Below, piece after piece: positions 19,663 through 31,650 of a DNA stretch of 64,000 bases (its first letter is position 1; each line of letters starts with the position of its first letter). Both the position numbers and the translations under genes were made by a program. The notes under the pieces are model-generated. The model did no database searches, was not told the origin of the DNA, and saw only the letters and a list, made by a program, of their open reading frames with translations. The stretch covers positions 320,001 through 384,000 of the forward strand of contig CAVRFW010000005.1 of NCBI GenBank assembly GCA_963720565.1. Direction: 5' to 3'. This stretch comes from Candidatus Bathyarchaeota archaeon. GTDB taxonomy: Archaea; Thermoproteota; Bathyarchaeia; Bathyarchaeales; Bathycorpusculaceae.

Positions 19663-20325
19663 GTGGTAGCTTTCAAAGATGAGTGTGGCATTTGCAGCAG
19701 GGTTCTAAGAACAACTTATTTGCGAAGGTGTGAGCGATGCAAACGCCTATACTGTCGAGACTGCATGACTCCCGATGTTTCCACCGGTGACTACACTAGA
19801 CTGCTTTGCCTGAATTGCGCTAGACGGGTTGTTTCGCCTCGGGTTGTTTCAAAATATGACGGGCTTTCAGGTCACTTGAGGTTTCGGGGCTCCTTCACTC
19901 ATCTTGTTAAGCTCTCTTTTGCAAGGATAGACGGATTAATTGGCAGTAATTTGCCAATGACCGCATTTAGGGAGCAGGGTTGGTGGACCAATTCCGCTGG
20001 GAGTGCCCATGCCCGTGGATGGTTGGATGCAGGTTGGGAAGTCCAGGAGGTAAACATCAAAGAAGGGTATGTTGTGTTCAAGAAGGTGCGGGAAATGCCT
20101 TCTAAAAGGGGAAAACGTGTCAAAAAAGAGGTCTTGAAACCATTTACGCCCGTACCGGTTCACGCTTCTAAACCCAAGATTCCGTCCAAGACGAAGGTGT
20201 CAAAGCTATACGCTAGAATTAAAAACATTGAGCGGCAGCGAACTGCGAATGAAAAGATTAGAGGTTTCAAGCCAAAATCGCAATATGAGAAAAAGCTTTT
20301 CAAACCTCACGAGAAACCACAATAG
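19663..20325 (+). CDS. Zn-finger (4x CxxC) + DUF7662-like domain + basic tail protein
   Basis: CGIC, CERC, CRDC, CLNC; then KYDGL..HL...LSFARIDGLIG..LP......WWTN....HARGWLDAGWEV. Confidence 0.7.
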   Translation: MVAFKDECGICSRVLRTTYLRRCERCKRLYCRDCMTPDVSTGDYTRLLCLNCARRVVSPRVVSKYDGLSGHLRFRGSFTHLVKLSFARIDGLIGSNLPMTAFREQGWWTNSAGSAHARGWLDAGWEVQEVNIKEGYVVFKKVREMPSKRGKRVKKEVLKPFTPVPVHASKPKIPSKTKVSKLYARIKNIERQRTANEKIRGFKPKSQYEKKLFKPHEKPQ

Positions 20326-20353
20326 CTAAAACCAGAAAGAAAGGCGGTTTGTT

Positions 20354-20935
20354 TTGCAAGAAAAGATAGTCAATTTAGAAATTGAGAGAGCATACGTAGA
20401 ATTGAAAGCACATTTACTCAAGGAGAAAGGCAGAATAGTTGCCGAGGAACCGCCCACGTCTATCTGTTTCGAACAGGGTTCTATATGGGGTATGACTCCT
20501 CGAACAGCTAAAAAGCGGATGAGTTACAATTTTTTTTCACAGGATTCTGAAACGCGAATAGTTGCTTCTACCTCATTAGGTTCTGACTGGAAAAACTTGG
20601 GCATAATTGGCTGTGTATTTGCAGTTCTGGTGGCAACAATATGCTGGTGGATTTCTGTAGACTTGAAAGCGTTATTGGTTGCCCACATTGCGAGTGTGTG
20701 GAGCTGGATAGTAACAGTTAACGGTTACATCGATTTCCAGATTGCACAGGTTTTGATTAGTTTGACCCAGTCACTTGCAGTTTTTCTAGTAATCATAACG
20801 GTTCTCGAAGCAGCCGTACTCTTGTATGTGTGCTCCGGGAAAGACTCCTTCGCAGAAGACACATTAGATTCTTTCGTGCAGAATTTTGACGCGGCAAATG
20901 ACTATCTGTTCATGCGCCATGTGGCTATGCTGTAG
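20354..20935 (+). CDS. Hypothetical membrane protein
   Basis: Long ORF with a soluble N-domain and 2-3 TM segments. Confidence 0.6.
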   Translation: MQEKIVNLEIERAYVELKAHLLKEKGRIVAEEPPTSICFEQGSIWGMTPRTAKKRMSYNFFSQDSETRIVASTSLGSDWKNLGIIGCVFAVLVATICWWISVDLKALLVAHIASVWSWIVTVNGYIDFQIAQVLISLTQSLAVFLVIITVLEAAVLLYVCSGKDSFAEDTLDSFVQNFDAANDYLFMRHVAML

Positions 20936-21342
20936 AGTGAGATTAACAAAATACCTGAGAGAACCACAATCTTGGCAATAGTGAAAACCTCAAGGATTGA
21001 AATTACCAGAAAAACAGATGGAACGAGCGCTAGCAGGCAGTATATAAAGCCGATAAATGCCAGTCTGGTTTTGCTGCTTAGATCTTTTGTGGGGACTCGG
21101 CCGAAAAACCAGCCTGAAAGCCTGCCGAAACCTGAGGTACAAGATGTGCAGTAGGCGCAGCTGCTGCAGCCAAGTCTCCGAAGCATAGCAAAAACCATGA
21201 ACGCGGCGAAGAGCAAGAATATCCAAAAGGCAAGCGGATTATAGAACCACAAGGCAATGGCTCCCAACAAAATCCAAAAAGAAAGAGTCAAGTTGCCGAA
21301 AACAAGTAGCGACCTCTTGAATTCAAATTTCTCTTGGCTCAT
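20902..21342 (-). CDS. Four-TM membrane protein with a CxxCxxCxxC loop
   Basis: Hydrophobic helices flanking CSSCAYCTSC; GGAG upstream. Confidence 0.65.
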   Translation of the reverse strand: MSQEKFEFKRSLLVFGNLTLSFWILLGAIALWFYNPLAFWIFLLFAAFMVFAMLRRLGCSSCAYCTSCTSGFGRLSGWFFGRVPTKDLSSKTRLAFIGFIYCLLALVPSVFLVISILEVFTIAKIVVLSGILLISLYSIATWRMNR

Positions 21343-21479
21343 GATCTAAAGCTCCTTGGTACGAGCACGCACCTGCTGTCTTACATGTTAACCCATTTAA
21401 AGAAGTTTCGAAAGCTGCAAAGCCCTTTTGGCGCGCGATTGCGAGAAGAAGGATAGATTTTAGCTTAGATACGCTTAAA

Positions 21480-21779
21480 TTAATCTTCAAATATGGACTT
21501 AACCCAGAGCGGTCGTCGTCTAGCTGGTTTAGGACACAAGCCTTCCAAGCTTGCGATCACGGGTTCGAATCCCGTCGACCGCACCAAAAGATTTCTATCA
21601 TTTGAGTTTTGCAGAATGAACTGTTTGAAGTGGTTTTCCACGGTTTTTGACAAGTTAAATCCCAATTGTCTGGCATTTTCAACCAATTCTCTGTCTAAAT
21701 ACAACACAACATTTCTCTTTTTTCTCATTGCAACACGCTCGCCCTCTGAAACACTCATTGCATCCCCACCCAAGGGCAC
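21480..21779 (-). CDS. CcdA/RHH-like small ORF that reads antisense into tRNA-Gly; probable int(N) fragment of an SSV-type split integrase
   Basis: KRNVVLYLDRELVENARQLGFNLSKTVE (CcdA-like ribbon-helix-helix) followed by the tRNA-derived VRSTGFEPV. Confidence 0.55.
   Translation of the reverse strand: MPLGGDAMSVSEGERVAMRKKRNVVLYLDRELVENARQLGFNLSKTVENHFKQFILQNSNDRNLLVRSTGFEPVIASLEGLCPKPARRRPLWVKSIFED
21509..21586 (+). tRNA. tRNA-Gly(TCC), CCA encoded
   Basis: Acceptor GCGGTCG/CGACCGC, anticodon arm CAAGC-CTTCCAA-GCTTG, T arm GGTTCGAATCC, ACCA end. Confidence 0.96.
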
Positions 21780-21940
21780 GCGAGGGGAAGTTCAATGTTA
21801 TATGTTTGGTCATTTTCCATTTTGCTGAATTCTAACCAAGAGAAAAACACTCATGCATCTTGCTTGGCGAGCTCTCTGAGAGCTCACTACTAATCATTGC
21901 TACGCATTGTCAACTATCATTTATTCAGGTAACGTTTAAT

Positions 21941-22019
21941 TTCTAATTTCTAAAATTCTAACTAAAAGAAAAAAAGAAATTCTAAAAAAATAATACATTT
22001 AGAAAATAGAATTTAGAAA
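21941..22019. repeat. Facing arrays of TTCTA and TAGAA pentamers in an AT-rich spacer
   Basis: TTCTA at 21941, 21948, 21956, 21980; TAGAA at 22000, 22007, 22014. Confidence 0.6.
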
Positions 22020-22149
22020 ATCTAGACTAAACAAAACTCAAATCTCACTGGATTTCCATCAATATTGGAACAAGCTGCATCTGTTCTGGCGATAGCAAGT
22101 CTAATATCTGCTTTTCAAGCAATAACAGAACGGTGGGAGACTGTCTGTC

Positions 22150-23456
22150 TTGGATTCTAAGGCGCTAACCAAGATTCAATCCGTGGCGCTTATTGCCATT
22201 GTTGTTGTTGCGGCTGTCGGCGGAGGCGTCGCTTATGTTCTTTTCAATGCAAAAACACAAACAATGGAACCAATAAGAATAGGAGTTTGCGCTGACCTTG
22301 ATGCAGTTGAAGGACAAAACATTTTGCAGGCTGCTACTTTGGCTGCCGAACAGATCAACGCTGAAGGCGGAGTCTTGGGAAGAAACCTCACGGTAGTTGC
22401 AGAAGACGATGACGGTGAAACAGCGGGAGACATTGCAGTAGCAACGAATGCCATGACAAGACTGTTTACCGTTGATAAAGTGGATTTCACAGTTGCCTTT
22501 ATGGGTTTGTTTGCTATTCCTCTTCAGGACATCTGCGCTCAGCAAAAGAAGATTGTCATCTCAGTATATTCCAACTCAGTTGAGGAATCGCAGCGTGTTC
22601 TTGACAACTATGACAAGTACAAGTACTTTTTCTCAATGATGCCAAACACTACTTCCGTACATGATGGCAGACTTGACGATCTCATAACGCTGCGCAACTA
22701 CACTGGCTTTAGCAAGATTGCCTACCTAGACCAAGACGCCTCGACTTTTCAAGAGTTTAGGGACTCACTCTGTGAGTCTTTGACAGAACATGGTTTTGAC
22801 GTTGTCTATAAAAACTCAGCTACATGGCTGACTACTGACTTCTCAAGCTATTTTAGCGCGATAGAGGAATCAGGTGCAGAAGTACTTACTGGCGGCATCT
22901 TTGGTTCTCAATGTATTCCTTTTGTTAAGGAGTATTATAGTCGCCAATCGCCTTTTGTTGTTTGGGGGAGTTTTATGGGAGCGCAGCAAGAAAACTTTTG
23001 GGAGCTAACAGAGGGAAAATGCGAGTATGTAACTTTTGCTGGGCTGTCAACCATAGCTGGGTATCCTTTGACGAACAAAACAGTGGCAGCTAAAGAAGCG
23101 TATTTTCAAAGGTGGCATGGGACTCTAACAATGGGTGGAACATTAGCCTACGATGCTGTTAGATTCGTTTTGCCCGACGCCATCAAGCGGGCTGGGACAA
23201 CTGAAACTGAAGCCGTTATCAAAGCTTTGGAGAAAACTGATGTTGAGATCTCTGTGGCACGGCATTTTGTTTTCTCTTCCTCGCATGGGGTAATGCTTTC
23301 ATCTACGTAGCAAATAGACCAGATTCGAACTACATGGTAGCTTTACTGTTCCAATGGCAAAACGGAACCCAAGTGCCCGTCTATCCCAAAGAAATCATGG
23401 AGAAGGCAGGGGCAACCTACCAGTATCCGCCTTGGCGAGGACCTTGGAGCAAATAG
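22150..23456 (+). CDS. Branched-chain amino acid ABC-type (LivJ/LivK-like) substrate-binding protein, membrane anchored (frameshift near 23305)
   Basis: N-terminal TM; IRIGV, AAEQINAEGGVLGR, AYDAV..L.DAIKRAGT; alternate frame continues FQWQNG..VPVYP...PPW.GPW to TAG at 23456. Confidence 0.85.
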
Positions 23457-23561
23457 CAAAACGTTGACATCGCATTTGTTATAGCAATCCAAGCAAAACC
23501 TTTTCAGCAGTCGTTTTCATAAATAGTTTGACACAAAACAGCTCCTGTTCCAACCCAAGGC

Positions 23562-26500
23562 GTGGCGCCAACAAAATTGAAATCGAACATATTATCAGAG
23601 CCCAACTTAGTAGGTAGAGAACGCGAACTTGAACAGTTAGAGTCATTCCTGAATTCCGCTTTAGAGGGGAATGGAAAAACCGTCTTCATCTCTGGCGAGG
23701 CAGGCAGTGGAAAGTCAAGGCTTGCCCGAGAATTCTTAGGATATGCAAGGAAAAAAGGCGTAACGGTGCTTACTGGTTGGTGCCTCAGCGAGGCTGCAGC
23801 TCCATATTTCCCTTTCATTGAGGCGTTTAATGCATACTTCGCTTCCGTGGAAGAGGCACAGCTAGGAAATGCTCAGCAGCCCGGATCTAAGATTGGAGAA
23901 GCTGTGCAAATTGAAGAGCGAGAAATAGCTGCTCTGCTATCTGGACCGAGACAAGTGGATAAAGCTGGAAGGGTCGAACCTCTTTCGCCTCAGGTTTGGA
24001 AGACCCAAGCATTTGACCGGGTTGCAAAAACCCTCCTAACAATATCCTTTGAAAGACCTCTTGTTCTCTTCTTGGATGATGTTCACTGGGCGGACTCGGC
24101 CTCCCTTGCACTTCTGCACTATATTTCGCGCATCGTGAATAATTCTGAAAAAATCCTGGTTTTGGCGACTTTCAGAAGAGAAGAAGTCACAGCAGACGAG
24201 GAAGGGCGTCCGCATCCGCTTGAAGAGGAAATGCGGGCGATGAGCCGCGAAGACCTCCATTCAGAAATCAAGCTGACAAATCTCAGCCAAGCCGACTTTT
24301 CCGTGATTGCCCAAAACATGTTGGGCGATCCAGTTCAGCGGGAGTTGGTCGAGAGGCTAATAAAAGAAGGCAATGGTAACGCGTTGTTTTTAGTTGAGTC
24401 TTTGAGGATGCTGGCTGAGCGAAAGGGACTTGTTCAGGAAAATAATGAATGGCGATTGTCGGTGGATGATTTTGGCATTCCCTCCAAAATTAGGGACATT
24501 ATCTTACGCAGATTGGCTGTGCTAAACTATGCGCAGAGGAGAGTTCTTGATGCAGCATCTGTCATCGGGGAGAAATTCAACGTGGAATTGCTTGCCTCAG
24601 TTCTCAACCAAGAGAGCTTGGAAGTGCTGGACATTTTGAACTTTATCGCTCAATCAACCGCTATTGTTAACGACGAGGAAGACTTTTACAGGTTTGACCA
24701 TGCAAGGTCAAGGGAAGTTCTGTATGAAGCGCTTTCTTTGTCCTTGAGGAAAGGGTATCACGCCAGGGTTGCCGAGAGGCTGGAAAGCACTAATAAGAGC
24801 GGGAAGTTGCCTTCTGCTGATTTAGCCTACCATTATGCGCAATCAGGAAATGATGAGAAAGCAGTAAGGTATTCTTTATTGGCTGGACAGGAGGCTTTGG
24901 TGAGATCCAGCAATAGAGAGGCCACAAACAAGTTTTGAATATGTCATCCGAAAAATCGGAGAAAACACGGAGTCTTTTGGCTGATAAAACCGTTGCTCTG
25001 GAGGGATTAGGTGATGCACTCTATGGCGATAACAAGTTCCTAGAAGCGAGGAAAACATTCGAGAAACTCGCTAAACTCCAAAATGGCAAGCCTAGACTAA
25101 GAGCTTTAAGAAAGGCAGTTGTAGCCGCTTTCTACCAGATCGATATACCAAAGATTCAAGAACTGACCGAAATGGCTGAAACCATTGCTGCCGCTGATCG
25201 TGTCGAGGCAGCAAGAATACTAGATCACAAGGGGCGGATTGCTGGATTACAGGGGAATCTCGAGTATTGTCTCAAGCAGGTGAAAGACTCGATTGGAGTC
25301 TATGAAGAAGAGTATTCTCTGCCCGATGCTGCCTGGGATCTCTTTGCACTCAGTTTCGGGGAAGCTTCGTTCGGAGAATTGGAGAGAGGAGTTGTGGCAG
25401 CTCTACAGGTCTCTCGCTCTGTACGAAACCCTTGGGGACGTCCATTCCCAGCTAGAAGCATACCTCTTTGCAGGTTGGTGCTTTGATTTCTGTACACTCG
25501 AAGAAGAAGCAGTCAAAATGTATTTGAAGATTATTGAGATTGACAGCAAATTCAAGCTAAATGATTATGTCCGCTTAATTCCAGCATATACTGGATTGGC
25601 ATATAACTGGCTTATGAACAAGCCCCAACAAGCAGATGCCATGATTGGAAAAGCGCTTGAATATTGTGAAAAGAGCGAAAACCCAAGAATTGCAGGAGTC
25701 TATCAATTCCTCGTTGTAAAGAGCATGATTGACGGAGATGTCGCCAAGGGAGAAGAGTATTTTGAAAAACTTCAACATCTGCCCCGGATGGCTTTGAGCA
25801 GTCAAACTGCAATTATTACATCTGAACAGACAAAAGCCATGTATTTTGCGGGGAAAAATCAATTCTCGGAAGCAGAGGAGTGTTTTCAGAAACATTTTGC
25901 TTACCTCAGGAAACATTTAGCGAGTCCAGGGATGGAAGCGGGTGCTATGGGCTTTTACTGGTGGCTCTTAAACAAGCAAGGCAGAATGAAAGAGGCAGAA
26001 ACAACGCTTAAACAAATAAATGCGTTAACCGAGAATGCACAAAAGAAGTTTGCCCATGTGAGTGTTCACAGCAGCCTTATGACTTTCACACATCCCGAAG
26101 TCAACCAAATTTTTGAAATTAGACTTGACTTGGTCAATCCTTCCAAGGCTCAAGGTTCCATTATCAGAGTAGAGAACTTTATCGTTCCAGAACTTCAGAC
26201 TTTAGAGGTATCACCGAATTGCTTTGTTCGTGATGTAAATGTTGAGTTTAAAGACAACGTCATTAAGCCTTTTGAAGTCAAAACAGCCATCCTGACTGTA
26301 AGAGCGCAAAAACCTGAAGTGTTCAATCTCATTCCAACAGTTGCTTATGTGGATGATTTGGGAAAGACAAAAACATCGAGTTGCAGAAATTTCACTATAA
26401 CCGTCAAGCCACTGCCTCAAGCAGCAGTTCAACCAGAATTTGAAATTCTGCCGGGGCGAGTTCCAACAGGCTTTTCAGACCTTGACGCTTTACTTCATGG

Positions 26501-27125
26501 TGGCATACCGGAACACTATGCCATAATACTCACGTCACCTTCAACAAACGAAAAAGAACTGATAGTCAAGAAATTTCTTGAAACAGGAGTCTCCGCTAAC
26601 GAAATAGTATTCGATATTACAACAGATGCGGCAGCAGGCAAAGAATTAGCCGAAAAGCACCCGTCAAAATTCTATTTGTTGCTCTGCAACCCCCAAGCCG
26701 ACGCCATGATCCAATCCGCACCTAACATCTCCAAAATTAAAGGCGTAGAAAACCTTACAGAAATTGACATCGCACTAACGAAAGCTTTCAGAACACTGAA
26801 CCCTTCGGCGAAAGGTCCGAAGAGAATCTGCATCGAAATAGTTTCAGACGTTCTGCTTCAACACCACGCCATCAACACTAGAAGATGGCTAAGCGCTCTC
26901 CTGCCAACGCTGAAATCAAAAGGCTTCACCATTCTAGCAGTTATTGACCCGCAGATGCATCCGCCTGAAGAGTTGCAGTCTATTGTTGGCATTTTTGACG
27001 GAGAAATACGGGTCACCGAGAAGGAAACGCCTGAAGGCATCAAACAGACGTTGAGAGTTCGGAAACTGCTTAATCAGAAATATTTGGACAAAGAGATAGT
27101 TCTCGCCAAGGAGAGTCTATCTTAG
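23562..27125 (+). CDS. STAND-type AAA ATPase - TPR-like helical region - beta domain - degenerate RecA/KaiC-like domain (split by indels near 24935, 24977, 25407)
   Basis: LVGREREL, GEAGSGKS, LFLDDVHWAD, GNALFLVE, DAASVIG, LAYHY; C-terminal RVPTGFSDLDALLHGGIPE...IFDGEI. Confidence 0.8.
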
Positions 27126-27297
27126 TGTGTTTTGTCATTTTCTGATTTGATTGCTATTCTGTTCCGGAGCCCCAGCAAACCCTCAGAGTGTGATATTTAT
27201 TCTTTCAGGTCTATAGACTTGTCACCTTTTTGGGTCTACCCCCATTTGGTCTCATCGGAGGGTTGTTTTCCGAAATAAAGGTGTTTGTGAGGAGTGT

Positions 27298-27995
27298 TTA
27301 GCGCCCTATCTTGCCCCCGAATTGGTGTAAAATGGTGATAAGCCTTATTTTCAGATTTGAGGCAGATTTGAAGCGAACACTGCAACTTCTTCTCCTTGCA
27401 CCAACCGCCCTTCTCAAACCTGCAGATACTTCGTCTTGCATGCCAGCTTCATCGTGTTTTCGTCTCAGTTCCACATGCTCTGCCTCGATACGCCTACAAT
27501 CTACGCACTCGGCAAAGCGTTTCTGATAGATGCCAGATGCCTGAATTATACTCCTTAGACGTGCAATCTCCGTCTTAGATAACTCCTCGCTCTCCGAGGC
27601 GTTCATGCATCCGCCAGCTTCAGGAGAGCCTTTTCGACGCTGTGCAGCCTAAAGGGCAACGGCAAATCCAAACGAGAAGTTGTTGTTACACTTGAATTTG
27701 CGGATGTAACAACTTCTAATCCCAAACGCGCAATCTTCATGCTTACGCACTCTCTGGATTTGCCCATGATGCGCGATATGGCTCGTGCTGCGCGCGCACA
27801 AGCTTTCAATTCCCCTTTTTTAGTCCGTAACAAACAATCCGAGCAACAAGCATCAAGAGGAGAAGATAGGCTGAATGGGCTCTGGATTAAACTCACGATG
27901 GCTTCGTAGTAGCCTTCGAAAAACATTCTCCTATTCTCCTTTCGGGCAGAAGCGCGCGCTGGGAGACGATCTTCTCTTTTTGCAGTAATCCTCAC
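27298..27995 (-). pseudogene. Decayed HTH/coiled-coil hypothetical gene (two ORFs separated by a 1-nt shift at 27604)
   Basis: ARAISRIMGKSRECVSMKIARLGL helix-turn-helix-like segment continuing to LRSIIQ...IEAE; N-terminus not credible. Confidence 0.45.
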
Positions 27996-28026
27996 GAGAG
28001 GTCGGTCTAAATTCCGTATTGCTTAG

Positions 28027-29560
<1,534 letters not shown>

Positions 29561-29623
29561 GGAATAAAAACCGCTAATTCAGCTTTAGTTTACTTCTGAC
29601 AAACGTCTTTCAATGCCAACTAG

Positions 29624-31454
29624 CTATGATAAGGAAACATACTTTCGCAATTCTTTTGCGACGTTCGATATTCCAAGTTTGCTCAGCGTTGCTTTTTTGG
29701 GTACTCCTCGCTGGTCCCAGCCTCTCTTCTTGTAGTAGTTTTGCAGCATAATATCAAATCTTGCAGGGTCAAGCATAGAGCCTTTCATCGGTCCCTTCGT
29801 AAGCGGTTCCTTGAACCATCTCGGGGGTGGAACATCCATCTCTTTTGTCCATTCTCGGTTGTACTCGCGTATCCAGAAAGCTCTGATTATTGTCAGTACT
29901 CTGTCCGCGATGTAGTTCAGCGCATTCCATGTTAACTCCGTTCCAGTTGCAGCGAACAGAAACTTTGGATACCATTCAATCTCCAAGCCGAGTTGAGCGA
30001 GGGGAAAACGGCACAAGGTCAAATATTCAAGAATTCCTCCGCGGACACGCTGTAACTCGATGAGTTTGTCAACTTTGTCTTCACCATAACTTTCCCGTCC
30101 TTCCTTGACTTCCCAGCCAATTATCCACGCATCCTTGTGATGAGCTCCGATTGAGCTGGTGGAATAAGACAATGCCATAGCAGGAGCGGCATGACAATCG
30201 TAGGCACTTATCTCCAAACCCTTTACATGCATTGCCCAATCTGCTGATCCATGTCCAATTTTTGCTAGCAGCTGCTTGTACGCCATCAGCGAGAACATCG
30301 CCAAAACCGCGTCTATAAGCAATGTCTTCAATCAAAGCCTTGGCTTCCTGGAATTTTCCCCAATGGAGCTTCTCGGGGATTCGTTTCTTCTGGGAGGTTT
30401 CTATTGCGAACCCCAGAACGTTACCCAGAGAGATAGCATCTAATCCAAGCTCGTCTGCGATACGATTCAAAGTTGCTACTTGCTTGATATTCCCCAATCC
30501 GATGTTAGAACCAAGCATAACCACGTTTTCGTAGTCAAGTTCAGCCTCTTTTTTTTCAGAGTCTGTAACCACGTTTCCACACGTCATGTTGCAGGATGGG
30601 CAGCCTCTGTTTGAAACCTTGATTCTTTCCATGGCGAATCCCCCTATTTTCTGGGCTTCGTCAAAGACGCCTTCGCTGAAATTACAGGTCGGCAGAACGC
30701 TGTTTTCCTGGCTCCATTCAACAGTGGACATTGTACCTTGCTGTTTCCAAAAAGCATAGTTTGGTTTTGTCAGGATTTCCCTATAGCCTTCAGCGCTTAA
30801 GTCGTTCAATTCTTTCGGATAGGCGGTTGGTATATCCTCAGAACCTTGAAACACCACAGCCTTTAGATTCTTGGAACCCATGACTGCTCCCATTCCAGGT
30901 CTTCCGCCGGCGCGCCCTTCTTGAGAGATTACGGTGGCAAACTTTACGAGGTTCTCTCCTCCCGGACCAATGCTGACAAATCCCGCGTTGCGTTCGTTAG
31001 AGCTCCTTAGCCGAGCTTCGGTTTCGAAAGTACTTAAACCCCAAAAATCTTGGGCTTCCAGAAACTCTGTGACCTTGTTTTCTATGTGTAGAATTACAGG
31101 CGTTTTTGCTTTTCCTTCAATTATTACCGCGTCGAATCCGGCTTTACGCATATGAAGAGCAGCGTTGGTTCCTATGTTTCCATCTCCATAGCCGCCTGTT
31201 AGAGGACTCTTAGCGGCAACAACAAGTTTGCCGCTGTTGGGTAAACCCAAACCCGTTAGAGGGCCAGCAGCGAAGATTAGCTTGTTTTCCGGTGATAGCG
31301 GGTCTGTTCCAGGCTTAAGTTGGTCCCAGAGAATCTTGGCGGCGAAGCCTCTGCCCCCGATAAAATTCAAGGCTAAGCTCGAATCATATGATTCCGCTAC
31401 TGCCTTGTTCTTGCTCAGGTTGATTCTTAGAAAAACACCAGTCCAACCGAACAA
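29624..31454 (-). CDS. Aldehyde:ferredoxin oxidoreductase family (W/Mo-pterin) (one apparent extra base near 30260)
   Basis: IGGRG, KSPLTG, SIGPGGENLVKFA, AGGRPGMGAVMGSKNLKA, CxxCxxxC, DELGLDAIS, VKGLE, YYKKRGWD..GVP. Confidence 0.93.
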
Positions 31455-31650
31455 ACAGTTTCACCTACTGTGAGGCTTTGCTGTATTATTGAGTATTGCG
31501 ATAATAAAAGTCTAATGAAAACTGAATCGCTTTTAATAATCGTCGAACAAAAAGACAGCAATTTCTTTGGCTAAAATCTTAATCCAATGTTCCTTCGGAA
31601 GCTTTATAGTTTCGGAGAGCAAATTGTGCCTCTATAGTTGGTCTTAAAAA

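Larger units (their letters stand above)
21587..28000. mobile_element. Probable relic integrated element/island at the tRNA-Gly 3' end (right border approximate)
   Basis: int(N)-like ORF abutting the tRNA, accessory cargo, and a decayed ORF before housekeeping proS resumes; no attR or int(C) found by eye. Confidence 0.4.

Noticed and set aside
21493..21828. 111-aa plus-strand ORF spanning tRNA-Gly
   Set aside because: Overlaps the tRNA and is antisense to the CcdA-like ORF; no protein features
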